Shown one piece after another: positions 19,730-28,731 of a stretch of DNA of 61,645 nt. The notes under the pieces were generated by a model that saw only the letters and a program-made list of their open reading frames with translations, had not been told where the DNA came from and made no database searches. Position 1 is the stretch's first letter. Every line of letters begins with the position of its first letter. The stretch is from Candidatus Norongarragalinales archaeon (lineage in GTDB: Archaea; Micrarchaeota; Micrarchaeia; Norongarragalinales; Norongarragalinaceae), in assembly GCA_038884755.1 (NCBI GenBank), contig JAWABJ010000003.1, forward strand, positions 1-61,645, in the 5' to 3' direction. A program made the position numbers and the translations under genes.

Positions 19730-20212
19730 GTGAAACTATTACTGTTTTTTGCACTGGCTTTTTCCCTCGCAACAGCAGGCTGTTTGAACGAAAAGCAGCT
19801 GGAAGGCCAGCCGTCGCCTTTGCCAACAGCAACCGCCACTACAACCACAAACCCCACCGGAACCGCGACTGCAACGGCAATCTCTACTGCAACACCCACA
19901 CCCACGCCTTCACCTACAGTAGAGCAAGGCGGAGCCTGCAGCATAATCACGCCGCAAAACCGCGACACGTTCTCCAAATCGTCGGTAGTCGAATACTTCA
20001 TCACTTTCGACCAGCTTCCGCAGTCAATAACCACCGTCACCGTCAAGTGCGACACCAGCGAAAACGGAATCTCCATGGACATCGTTAGGCAAGGCAGCAG
20101 CACTTTCGCCAGGAAATCATGCATTTACAGTCCTTCATCGACCAGAACTTACACCGCTTCTGCGACTGCGGGTGGCGCTGCTTGCACGAAAACAATAACA
20201 GTCACCGCTTGA
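19730..20212 (+). CDS. Lipoprotein with Thr/Pro linker and one Cys-rich Ig-like module
   Basis: TAGC lipobox; CSIITP...VKCD...SCIY...GGAAC. Confidence 0.75.
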   Translation: MKLLLFFALAFSLATAGCLNEKQLEGQPSPLPTATATTTTNPTGTATATAISTATPTPTPSPTVEQGGACSIITPQNRDTFSKSSVVEYFITFDQLPQSITTVTVKCDTSENGISMDIVRQGSSTFARKSCIYSPSSTRTYTASATAGGAACTKTITVTA

Positions 20213-21027
20213 AGCAGTTGAAAGCGCTTTTTTTAATCGCACTAGCCTTGGCTGCGGCGGGATGCATTTTCCAAGAAAAGCCTATCGAACAAAGACAGGA
20301 AAGGCCGTCGCCCAGCCCCCTCTTCCAAGCAACCGCTTCCGCCGAAGCGCCCAACGAAAGCGCCCAAACGCGCCCCTCGCCTTCACCCATCCCCTCACCG
20401 TCACCCGACGTTTCACCCTCGCCGTCCCCATCGCCTGCAGTGCAAGGCGAGTGCGTGGTTTCCATAAACCCCAAAGACGCGCAAGGGCCTTTCAAGGCAA
20501 TAGCCTCCGCCAGGTTTTTCAATACCCCTAATCCCGGCAGCGTCACGATAAAATGCACTGCAGACGGCGAAGAAACCGAGGCAGAAAAACACGGCGAGTT
20601 TTACATCGCCAGCTGCAGCTACTCGTTCGTCGTCGAAAAAAAAGTAGCGACTGTAAGCGCGCAAACGCAAGGAATATCCTGCGCGACTACGGTAGTTATA
20701 GACGTAAACTCGGAATTCAGGAAAGGCTGGACGTTCACCCCAGGAGACGAAGAGTTTACTGTCAACAAAAGCATCTCAAACACCACCGTGCGAAATTACA
20801 CAGTGGCCAACAGTGGCTCGCTCACGCTCACCGAAATATCCTGTTCGACCAACGCCGGCCACGCAACCATGACCTGCCCAGCCACCCTAAAACCCGGCGA
20901 AGAAAAGCAATTCACCACCACGTTCGACGCCACGGCATTGAACGCGGGACAACATTCCGCAGTGATAACCATAAAGGAAAAAGATTTGGAAAAATCATTC
21001 ACGCTAATCGCGACCGTAGTCAATTAA
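20209..21027 (+). CDS. Lipoprotein paralog with Pro/Ser linker, Cys-rich module and beta-sandwich
   Basis: TTG start overlaps the upstream TGA; AAGC lipobox; ECVVSINPKDAQGPFKA and KEKDLEKS shared with 18904-19683. Confidence 0.75.
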   Translation: MKQLKALFLIALALAAAGCIFQEKPIEQRQERPSPSPLFQATASAEAPNESAQTRPSPSPIPSPSPDVSPSPSPSPAVQGECVVSINPKDAQGPFKAIASARFFNTPNPGSVTIKCTADGEETEAEKHGEFYIASCSYSFVVEKKVATVSAQTQGISCATTVVIDVNSEFRKGWTFTPGDEEFTVNKSISNTTVRNYTVANSGSLTLTEISCSTNAGHATMTCPATLKPGEEKQFTTTFDATALNAGQHSAVITIKEKDLEKSFTLIATVVN

Positions 21028-21089
21028 AAAACCAAAAACGGTATTAAACACCCAAGCCAAGAGTTAGTCAAGATGCAAACAAAACGCTA

Positions 21090-21653
21090 GTGCTGGTTCT
21101 CGCGCTAGCCCTCGCAACAACCATGCTTGCGCTCGGAATGCTCTTCGGGAAAGTCAAATACTCGGGACTCGTGTCCAACCCCACAGGAACGGTAAGCGCC
21201 GACGTTTCGGGCGGAATCGACATTTTCCTGCAAAACTCCAGCGTAAACTTCACGGCAGTAAGCGTGGGAAACACTTTCGACACCAGCGTCAACTATTCCA
21301 ACGCCAGCCAATTCCTCCTACGCAACGACGGCAGCGTGCGGGTCAACGTGACAATAAGCGCCAGCGCATTGTGGAATTCCACTTCGGGAAACAATTCGAA
21401 CTATAGATTCAACGTCACGAACGCCAGCGGAAACACTTCACTCGGAACCGTAGACGCCAAAAACTGTTCGACCGTAAACGTAACACTCTGGTACAACATG
21501 CCACTAACCTCCTCGACAAACGCAATTTGCATGCTCAACTTCACGGACGGCAACGACTACGCGAGAATAGACATTCAAATCACGGTTCCCACTGGCGAAG
21601 CTGCCGGAAGCAAAAGCTCGGTCGTAACGTTTACTGCAAGCAACGGACAGTAA
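21090..21653 (+). CDS. Beta-rich secreted or membrane-tethered protein with many N-glycosylation sequons
   Basis: N-terminal hydrophobic helix, YSG motif, many N-x-S/T sites, one Cys pair; start codon uncertain. Confidence 0.65.
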   Translation: MLVLALALATTMLALGMLFGKVKYSGLVSNPTGTVSADVSGGIDIFLQNSSVNFTAVSVGNTFDTSVNYSNASQFLLRNDGSVRVNVTISASALWNSTSGNNSNYRFNVTNASGNTSLGTVDAKNCSTVNVTLWYNMPLTSSTNAICMLNFTDGNDYARIDIQITVPTGEAAGSKSSVVTFTASNGQ

Positions 21654-21728
21654 TAGGCGGGGGCTATAGAACGAACGGGTTATTTATGCGCCATATAGCG
21701 TGAGCCGGCCGGGCTCAATACGCAAAGG

Positions 21729-23717
21729 TTATTTCTTAGAGTTCTTGCCTTCTTTCCCTTCGGCGTCTTCGGGCGCGTTTGATTGGAACTCGCGCTTGAG
21801 GAAAAAGGCGAGGACTATGAGTGCGATGACGATTATTATTGCAAACAAACCCACCGCGCGGGTTGCGGTGAAAAACCCGGTGGTCGACGAAGGGGCTTGG
21901 ACCGCAGTGGTTTTCAACGGATAGCTTCGCTTTTCCTGCGAAAGTAATTCCAGCGAAACGGAAGTGTTTGCCTCCGCTTCGAAAACCACTTTCAACTCCT
22001 TCTCTTCACCCGGGTTCAGCTCAAGCGAGGAAGGCTCGAAAACCGCGCCTTCAACCGAAAGCGACGGGGCAAGGGAAACTTTCTCAACGCCTTTGTTTGA
22101 AACCACGAGCAAAAGCTCGTTCTTCAGCACAGAACCGTTGGAGGAAACCGTGGATTGGCTTTTTTCCCTCACTTCCACGCTCGCGGTGCGAATGGAAAAC
22201 GAAAGTTTTTCTTCAATCAACTGCCCATTCGCGACTATCAACGCGGGCACTTCAAGAACGCCTTGGGCCAGCGGAATTGCAGTGAAAACCAACCTGTCGC
22301 CTTCCACGCGCATCGAAGAAACGGAAAACATTTTTTGCGGGAGGGTTATCGACGCGTTTTGCAGTTGAGAAGTGAACTGCAAGGAAAACGCTTGGGCTAT
22401 TCCCGCTTCTCCCTCGAAGTTCTTGTTGGAAATGCGTAAGGGCCCGCCTTCGGGCAAGCAAGATTTTACTATCACGCGCGGGGTTTTCAAGATTGTTGCG
22501 TTTGCGTAAACGAAAACGTTGTAAGAACCCAGTGCAGAGCCTGTCACGAAGAGCGAGGCGGTAATCGCCTGGTTTGCGGAAAGCAATACTGAAGAAGGCT
22601 CAACGCGCGAGGGGATTTGCGATTGCGAAGAGAAAACGTACTCGCGTGGCGAAGGATTGTTGTTTTTGAAAGAAAAGGGAATACTGCCGCTGTCACCGAG
22701 GCAAAGCTCCAAATCGCCGAAAACCGCGCTCAAGCAGTCTTTGAAAACCACGTCCACGCTAGCAGCGTCGGAAGAAGCCGGGCCAAAGGCGTTCAGCACG
22801 AGCGTCTTGTTTCCAGGCTGCACTCGCGCCCCGTTTATCGTGAAATCAACAGTCCTCGTCGCGCCTTTGGAAACAGAAATCCGGTCGGGAGCGAAGAATC
22901 CGGGCGCGCCGCTCGAGGTCAAGTCGAACGAGGCGGTCATACCCTCATTTTTGATTGAAAGGGGGAAGGCCTTCTTGCTTCCCGCGCACAATTCCACTTT
23001 GTTGGCAGATGGGGTTAGGATCACGCGGTCGGGACCCTCGAAATTGCACGCTTGGATTTCTACCCCTGCTGTCGCGACTGCGTAGTTGGCGCGAACGTTG
23101 TAACTGAAGCTCGAAGGCGGAGTGTCGCTTGGAGGTTGTATCGAAAGCAGAAAATTCTGGGTCTTGCCCGGGTTCAAGTCGAAAGAATCGCTTGCGAGCG
23201 TGTAGAACGAACGCGGAAGGTTTTCGAAAGCCAAGCTCCCTTTTTCGTTCACAAGCCCGTTGTTTTTCACGGTTATAAGCACGCTTTGCGAGCCGCCCGA
23301 GCAAACGCTCTGCTGTGGGGGCATGGAAACCTCAAGGTTGCGGCAAGAGCGGATTAGAGCATAGCCTTCGCCTCTCGCAGCACCCATCCTTCCGCGCGCC
23401 GCAACCGCAAAGGAATAATTTCCTTCGCGCGAGTTGCACGCGCTGTTCAAAACCAAAGTCGTTTTGATGGTCGAGCCTGACGGCACGGGCAATTGCGGTT
23501 GCATGAACGAAGAGAATGGAAATTCGGATTCGAAAGACATTTCGAAAACGTCGTCCCTGTCGCTGTACACTTCAACGTCGTAATAAATCGGGTCGCAAGA
23601 GCACGCGGAAAGACCTGACGGACTTACAGAAAGTTGCGCTAGCGCCGAAGCCTGCGGCATGAATGTAAATAGGAGAAAAATTACTAAAGCGGCTTTGAAA
23701 CTCGTTCGCGGAAGCAT
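21729..23717 (-). CDS. Membrane-anchored surface protein with tandem CARDB/NPCBM-associated-like beta-sandwich repeats
   Basis: Signal peptide; repeated xxN-x-G...L-x-PG units with Cys; TTGFF, TM helix and charged tail. Confidence 0.7.
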   Translation of the reverse strand: MLPRTSFKAALVIFLLFTFMPQASALAQLSVSPSGLSACSCDPIYYDVEVYSDRDDVFEMSFESEFPFSSFMQPQLPVPSGSTIKTTLVLNSACNSREGNYSFAVAARGRMGAARGEGYALIRSCRNLEVSMPPQQSVCSGGSQSVLITVKNNGLVNEKGSLAFENLPRSFYTLASDSFDLNPGKTQNFLLSIQPPSDTPPSSFSYNVRANYAVATAGVEIQACNFEGPDRVILTPSANKVELCAGSKKAFPLSIKNEGMTASFDLTSSGAPGFFAPDRISVSKGATRTVDFTINGARVQPGNKTLVLNAFGPASSDAASVDVVFKDCLSAVFGDLELCLGDSGSIPFSFKNNNPSPREYVFSSQSQIPSRVEPSSVLLSANQAITASLFVTGSALGSYNVFVYANATILKTPRVIVKSCLPEGGPLRISNKNFEGEAGIAQAFSLQFTSQLQNASITLPQKMFSVSSMRVEGDRLVFTAIPLAQGVLEVPALIVANGQLIEEKLSFSIRTASVEVREKSQSTVSSNGSVLKNELLLVVSNKGVEKVSLAPSLSVEGAVFEPSSLELNPGEEKELKVVFEAEANTSVSLELLSQEKRSYPLKTTAVQAPSSTTGFFTATRAVGLFAIIIVIALIVLAFFLKREFQSNAPEDAEGKEGKNSKK

Positions 23718-23754
23718 TTCAAAATCTCTCGCCTTTTAACTCGTGCGCGCCTCT

Positions 23755-26700
23755 CTACTCTTTTTCCTTGTCAAGCTTTTTCTGCGCTTCGTCTTCACCG
23801 ATTTTTTCCTTCATCTCGCGGCTTGCGTAGTACAAGAACGCCGCGAGCCCCATGCCTATCACCAAAAGCAGGAGGAGAATCCCGCCGGTCGAGGAAGCGA
23901 ACAAGCCTGTAAACAAGCCCGTCAATCCGGAAGCCGAGGACTTGGAAGGAACGCGGATGGGCACGGATTTTATCTTGCCTTCATCGGACTGCAAATTCAC
24001 CAATACCTCGAAGTCCTTGTCTTCATAGGCGTCGGAAGCCAGCTTGAATTCAAGCATCACAGTCTCTCCGGGCTTTATCGAAACGGGCGTAGAACCGAAC
24101 CTCCAGCCTTCGGGAACGCTCGCGAACGAAGTTACCGTAACAGCGCGAGGCGCGTTGTTCGTAACGGGCAGCCTGACGGTTATTTCAGAAGAGTTGCCTT
24201 TGCTGTCGAAAGAAAACGAGGGTTCCGCAACGTCGACCAAAAGCAGTTCGGCACTGGGTTTTTTCACCACAACGCTGATTTGCTTGTCTGGAGCGACGAA
24301 AGCGCCGGATTCGACCTTGAGCTTTGCAGCGGTGGACTGCAAAGGCGCGTCGGGCGCTGCAATCAAAACGATGTTTTTGGTCAATTGCGATTTGGGCTGC
24401 AGCGAAAACGCTTGAATGCGCTCGGCCTGCACGCCGGTCGGCAAGTTAACCAGGTACACCAGCACGGTATTCAGCGAGAAAACGTCGTTGTTCTTTATCG
24501 TCACGGGAATGAACGTGGTGGAGCCGGGAGTGACTTCCACTACCGAAGGCGCGGTGATTTGAATGGCTTCCGAAATTTCGGGTTCGAAGCGAGTTGCGCT
24601 GGAAACAACGTTAACGAGCAGGCTCTGGCTGGAAAGCAACTCCTGCCTTTCGGAAGGCAAGTCGGAAACGTCGTAGCTCAAGGTAATGGTGTTCGCAGTG
24701 CCTTTCGCAACGTTGGTCTGGGTGGAAAGGCGGCAAACGCCTTCTCCCTCGTTCTCGTCCATTATTGCAACCTGAGCATTCAAGCAAGAGTAGTTGCTCG
24801 AAGAGCCGGTGACAGTGTAAGAGCCCTCGCGGTCGTACAAACAGCGCGCCGAACAAGAGCCGCTGGTGCCAACGCAATTCTCGGCAGTAACGCGATTGCC
24901 GTTCCCGCAGTCGATGGTGAAGTTATTCTGCGCACCCTTGCTCAAATCGCGGTAATTCACCGTTACGCTGACGAACTCGTCTTCCTCCGTAACAGTCGGG
25001 TTCAAGCTCAAGAAACACCTGTCGGTGAAGTTTTCGACGACGCGCACGGTCGTGGAAGAACAAGATTTTCCTGCAATCGAAGACGTGGCGGTGAATTCGC
25101 CCGCGTCGGGGTAATCGCAGGTAGCTCCGCACGAGCTCTCTCCGCCTTCACACTGTATGGTCTTCGTCCTTCCGTTTCCGCAATTCACGTCAACGGAATA
25201 CTTATTCTCGTCTCGCGAGCTTGAAGCCAAGCGTATGGGAATGGTGTAAGAGCCCAAGCGCACCGAAGAAGGCGCGGAAACTTGCAATTCCACTTTTTCA
25301 AACTCTCCGGGCTCGAGCCTAAAGTTTTGCGGGTAGATTTGAATGGGAAGCACGTTGGAAACAACCACGGAGTAAAGCAAGCGCCTGTTGCCCGTGTTTT
25401 CGACGTTCAAAAACGCGCTCGCGCTCTTGCCGCTTTGAATGGTGAGCGAAAGGGGGGTAAGCGAGACTGACTGCATCTTTCTGTCTTCCACGTCGAAGCA
25501 GATGGTCTGCTGCGAAACGACGATTCCGTCTTTCTTCAAAAGCAAATCAAACCTGTGCTCTCCCGCTTCGGCGTCGAACGGGTCGAGCGAAACGTAAACG
25601 TTGCGCGTGGTACCTTTCTCGAAGCCGTAAATCTTGTTTTGAATTATTTCCGCCTGCAGCGGATTTTCCTCCTCGTCGTCCTGCAAGCTCACCATTTCAA
25701 CTTCGTAATCGCCGGAAACGCCGTTGTTCGTCAAAGCAACAGGAACGCTCTCCACGGTGTCCAGCGCGCTCACGTCCACGCACGTGCCGCCGTTCGCAAG
25801 GTAAACGTTCAAAGACGGAATGTCAAGCGTAACGCTTTCGCTCGCGTCGTTGATTTCGCTCGACGCGGTGATGGTGAAGCTCTTCAGCCCGCTGCCTTTC
25901 GCGTCAACGCAAAAGTCCACCTGCTTGTTCTCCTGGGGCGTGATGCGGAATTGCTTTTCGCTGAACTCTCCGGTCAAGGAAGAATCGCTGGAAGAATAAC
26001 TCATCGTAACGGGCGAGGAAGCCAAGCCGCGGTTGCGCACCAGCAAATCAAAGCACGCCCTTTCACCCGGCAGCGCAGTAATTCTGTCACGTATTGCTTC
26101 GACTTCAAGCCCGCCGCTCATGCAAGCTTGGATTGCGATGTTCTTGCTGCATATTGAAGAAATGAAGGAAACAATGGCGTTTCTCGAGCCGCCCAAATTG
26201 CGGAGCGTGGAGTTGAATTCAACAATGGTTTGCTGGGAAGGCGCGAGCAAAACGCTCGAAGGCCCACTCAACACGTCGTTGGAATACTGGATTTGCACGA
26301 GCGTATTGCCGGTGGCGTTCTTGTTGGTAAGCTTTACTTGGTAAGGCTCGGGCTCTTGCGAGTAGGGACACTGGGGGGAATGAACAAGCTCTGCCTCGAA
26401 ATCACAAGCGCTCTGCACGGTGTTCAAGCAAACGCTCTTGGAAACCGTCCTTCCCGCTTCAACGAACGCAGTAGTTTGCTCCGGCAAAAAGCCGTTCTTT
26501 GAAACAACAATCGAAACGAAGCCCGGGTCGGAAATCGCGGTTGCGACGCCGCTCGAGTCGGTGTAAGCCTGAGTGCCGTTCACCATCACGCTCGCGCTTT
26601 GCAACGGGCTTCCCGAAGCGCATTCGGTAACACGCGTCAACACCGTGCCTTGAGTGGGCAAGGGAGCGATGAGAGTGGCTTGCGCCGAAGCGCAGTTAGT

Positions 26701-28350
26701 GCCTTCGATTGAAGAAGAAACGAGCTTGGTTTGCGGGTAGGATTGTTCGGCAGCAAAAGCGCACTGGGTCGTGCAAACACCCTCACTGTTGCCCGTGCAC
26801 TGCGCCTGCAGCTGTTGCCCGGCGCACGAAACCAAAGCGGATTGAGGGGCATTAGCAAAGCCAGAATACGCCACGCTCACGGTAGTCTGTTCTCCCGGCC
26901 TCACGGTGGAAGGATTGAGCGAAACGCTGCAGCTTTTGAACGCATTCGCGCGTTCGAGAATGACTTCGACTTCGGCGTTTTCGTTCGCAACGACAACCGC
27001 ACCCGCGGTTTGCGTTTCAAAACCCGTTTTTGAAACGGTCAAAGAATAGCTTCCGACCGGAAGGGAACTGAAACTCGCCACTCCCGATGCATCGGTGTAG
27101 GCAGTAAGCACCGCCTGGCCGTAATAAAACAAAACCACAAACGCGCCTGAAACTGGCGAGCCGCCTTGCGTTTTCACGGTCAAAACTATCCCGCCGAACT
27201 CGGGCTGCGCAGTGGGAGTAGGCGTAGGGTTGTTGCCGTAAATGTTCACGCCCGAAGAAGAACACTGTTGCCCGTTCACTATCGCCTTTACGTCGTACCT
27301 TTTCGGGAACGAAGGCGGAGTGGAATAAACACACTCCAACGCGTTGCAATCTCCGTTAGCACCCCCGTCGCACTGCACGTTGGCCTGCTGGCCGTTCCCG
27401 CAAATCACTTGCGCCGTCCGCACGCTAGAAGAAAAACCTTGGTAAACCACGGTAGCGAAGGAAGAGCCGTTTCCGTTCAACGAAGACGGGTTGGTTATGA
27501 CTGCGCAAGAACCGCTTTGCTGGCTGCCGCCGCCACCGCTTCCTCCAGAACCACCGCCAGAACCGCCACTGCCGTAAACCGCGAGGACGCGCGAAGGACT
27601 GCAGCCAATGCCGCCTGCGTAAGCAGTCTGGTAGAACGTTCCCGCGTACGGGAAGTAGCATCTAGCGTAAGCAGTTCCAGTAGTGCCGTAAGCGTTGTAA
27701 GCATAAGCGACATAACCGTTCCCGCAATTCACGGGAATCAAGCCCGGCTCGTAAAACAAGTCGACATACTGCACTTGCACGTCGCTCCACCCGCCGGCGT
27801 AAATCGAAGTCGGGTAGGAGTACAAGTTGCACGAAGAGTAATAACCACGGCCGAAAGGATTGTAGCAGTCCACCAAGCAAGTGTAAGCATTCTCGCCATA
27901 ACCATATTCGCAATAGCCGTTTCCGCAATAACCGCCGTAAGAATTGTAGTAGTAATCGTTATAGGAGTAGTAGTAATTGCTCGAGCCGCCCGAACCGCCT
28001 TCCCTGCTACCGGAATAACTGCCTCCGCCAGTGCAGCGGGGGTCGTTGTAAGTTATTTGCGCTTCGCAAACCTGCCCGCTGTAAGGATGACCGCGAATGT
28101 AGCCACTCCAGTAATACGAGTAAGAATCATAGTCGTAATAGTTCGGGCCCACGCACGCGGAATGGTATTTGCTTTGCGCGCCGTTGCAGTATATGCTCCC
28201 GTTAGGCTCGTTGAAAAACCTGCAATCGTCGATTGAAGAATCGTAATAGCCGTTCGGGCCGCATACTTCGGGCGGAACCGCGTTGGCGAAACCAACGAAC
28301 GCGAAAACGAACAAAACAGCGAGTAAAGGCTTTGCACTCAAAAAACCCAC
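23755..28350 (-). CDS. Giant (1531 aa) Cys-rich, membrane-anchored surface protein/adhesin
   Basis: Signal peptide; Tyr/Gly/Cys-rich N-terminus with CGNGYCE...ENAYTCLVDC; two carboxypeptidase-regulatory-like domains (YTDASG, YTDSSG); Cys modules; LTGLF and TM helix. Confidence 0.75.
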   Translation of the reverse strand: MGFLSAKPLLAVLFVFAFVGFANAVPPEVCGPNGYYDSSIDDCRFFNEPNGSIYCNGAQSKYHSACVGPNYYDYDSYSYYWSGYIRGHPYSGQVCEAQITYNDPRCTGGGSYSGSREGGSGGSSNYYYSYNDYYYNSYGGYCGNGYCEYGYGENAYTCLVDCYNPFGRGYYSSCNLYSYPTSIYAGGWSDVQVQYVDLFYEPGLIPVNCGNGYVAYAYNAYGTTGTAYARCYFPYAGTFYQTAYAGGIGCSPSRVLAVYGSGGSGGGSGGSGGGGSQQSGSCAVITNPSSLNGNGSSFATVVYQGFSSSVRTAQVICGNGQQANVQCDGGANGDCNALECVYSTPPSFPKRYDVKAIVNGQQCSSSGVNIYGNNPTPTPTAQPEFGGIVLTVKTQGGSPVSGAFVVLFYYGQAVLTAYTDASGVASFSSLPVGSYSLTVSKTGFETQTAGAVVVANENAEVEVILERANAFKSCSVSLNPSTVRPGEQTTVSVAYSGFANAPQSALVSCAGQQLQAQCTGNSEGVCTTQCAFAAEQSYPQTKLVSSSIEGTNCASAQATLIAPLPTQGTVLTRVTECASGSPLQSASVMVNGTQAYTDSSGVATAISDPGFVSIVVSKNGFLPEQTTAFVEAGRTVSKSVCLNTVQSACDFEAELVHSPQCPYSQEPEPYQVKLTNKNATGNTLVQIQYSNDVLSGPSSVLLAPSQQTIVEFNSTLRNLGGSRNAIVSFISSICSKNIAIQACMSGGLEVEAIRDRITALPGERACFDLLVRNRGLASSPVTMSYSSSDSSLTGEFSEKQFRITPQENKQVDFCVDAKGSGLKSFTITASSEINDASESVTLDIPSLNVYLANGGTCVDVSALDTVESVPVALTNNGVSGDYEVEMVSLQDDEEENPLQAEIIQNKIYGFEKGTTRNVYVSLDPFDAEAGEHRFDLLLKKDGIVVSQQTICFDVEDRKMQSVSLTPLSLTIQSGKSASAFLNVENTGNRRLLYSVVVSNVLPIQIYPQNFRLEPGEFEKVELQVSAPSSVRLGSYTIPIRLASSSRDENKYSVDVNCGNGRTKTIQCEGGESSCGATCDYPDAGEFTATSSIAGKSCSSTTVRVVENFTDRCFLSLNPTVTEEDEFVSVTVNYRDLSKGAQNNFTIDCGNGNRVTAENCVGTSGSCSARCLYDREGSYTVTGSSSNYSCLNAQVAIMDENEGEGVCRLSTQTNVAKGTANTITLSYDVSDLPSERQELLSSQSLLVNVVSSATRFEPEISEAIQITAPSVVEVTPGSTTFIPVTIKNNDVFSLNTVLVYLVNLPTGVQAERIQAFSLQPKSQLTKNIVLIAAPDAPLQSTAAKLKVESGAFVAPDKQISVVVKKPSAELLLVDVAEPSFSFDSKGNSSEITVRLPVTNNAPRAVTVTSFASVPEGWRFGSTPVSIKPGETVMLEFKLASDAYEDKDFEVLVNLQSDEGKIKSVPIRVPSKSSASGLTGLFTGLFASSTGGILLLLLVIGMGLAAFLYYASREMKEKIGEDEAQKKLDKEKE

Positions 28351-28355
28351 CTCTT

Positions 28356-28389
28356 AATGTTACTACCCTGCAGTTGGGAGTATTTAAAG
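28356..28389 (-). promoter_or_regulatory. Shared promoter/operator, copy 1
   Basis: CTTTAAATACTCCCAACTGCAGGGTAGTAACATT on the minus strand, identical to 38870-38903. Confidence 0.8.
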
Positions 28390-28426
28390 CTTGCGGGGGG
28401 CTTGGCTTTGCCTGAAAAGAGAAAGG

Positions 28427-28665
28427 TGGGGTCACGGAGAATCGAACTCCGATCTGCAGGTTTCTTCAAAGGAGAACTACGTTTCCCCCTCTACCTTCTT
28501 CCTTTCGGAAGAAGGTTGTTCTTCGCTCTTCACAGACATCAGAGCTCCAGTTGCAAAACGCTCATAGGCGTGCGGTAGCCCGCGGTTGCCATGCAACCGC
28601 CTTCGCCACAACCTCACAAAACCGCAATACTGGAGCCTGCCGTAATGCCACTATACCATGACCCC
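28427..28665 (-). tRNA. tRNA-Trp(CCA) with a 168-nt intron at 37/38 (28462-28629)
   Basis: 5' exon GGGGTCATGGTATAGTGGCATTACGGCAGGCTCCAG and 3' exon ACCTGCAGATCGGAGTTCGATTCTCCGTGACCCCA; acceptor, anticodon and T stems pair. Confidence 0.9.
28462..28629 (-). ncRNA. Intron-encoded box C/D guide RNA (predicted Cm34 guide)
   Basis: CUGGAGC-U-CUGA is antisense to the anticodon loop; the fifth nucleotide upstream of CUGA pairs with C34; a C'-like GUGAAGA follows. Confidence 0.7.
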
Positions 28666-28731
28666 TTCGCTAAGGCAATTTAATACTTGATGCGGTTTAG
28701 TTTTATTAATTGCTTTTATAGCGTGGGAAAA

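Noticed and set aside
23743..25224. Long antisense ORFs (493 aa here; also 41278-42435 and 55552-56928)
   Set aside because: They lie opposite well-supported genes and have no motifs; expected from codon bias.
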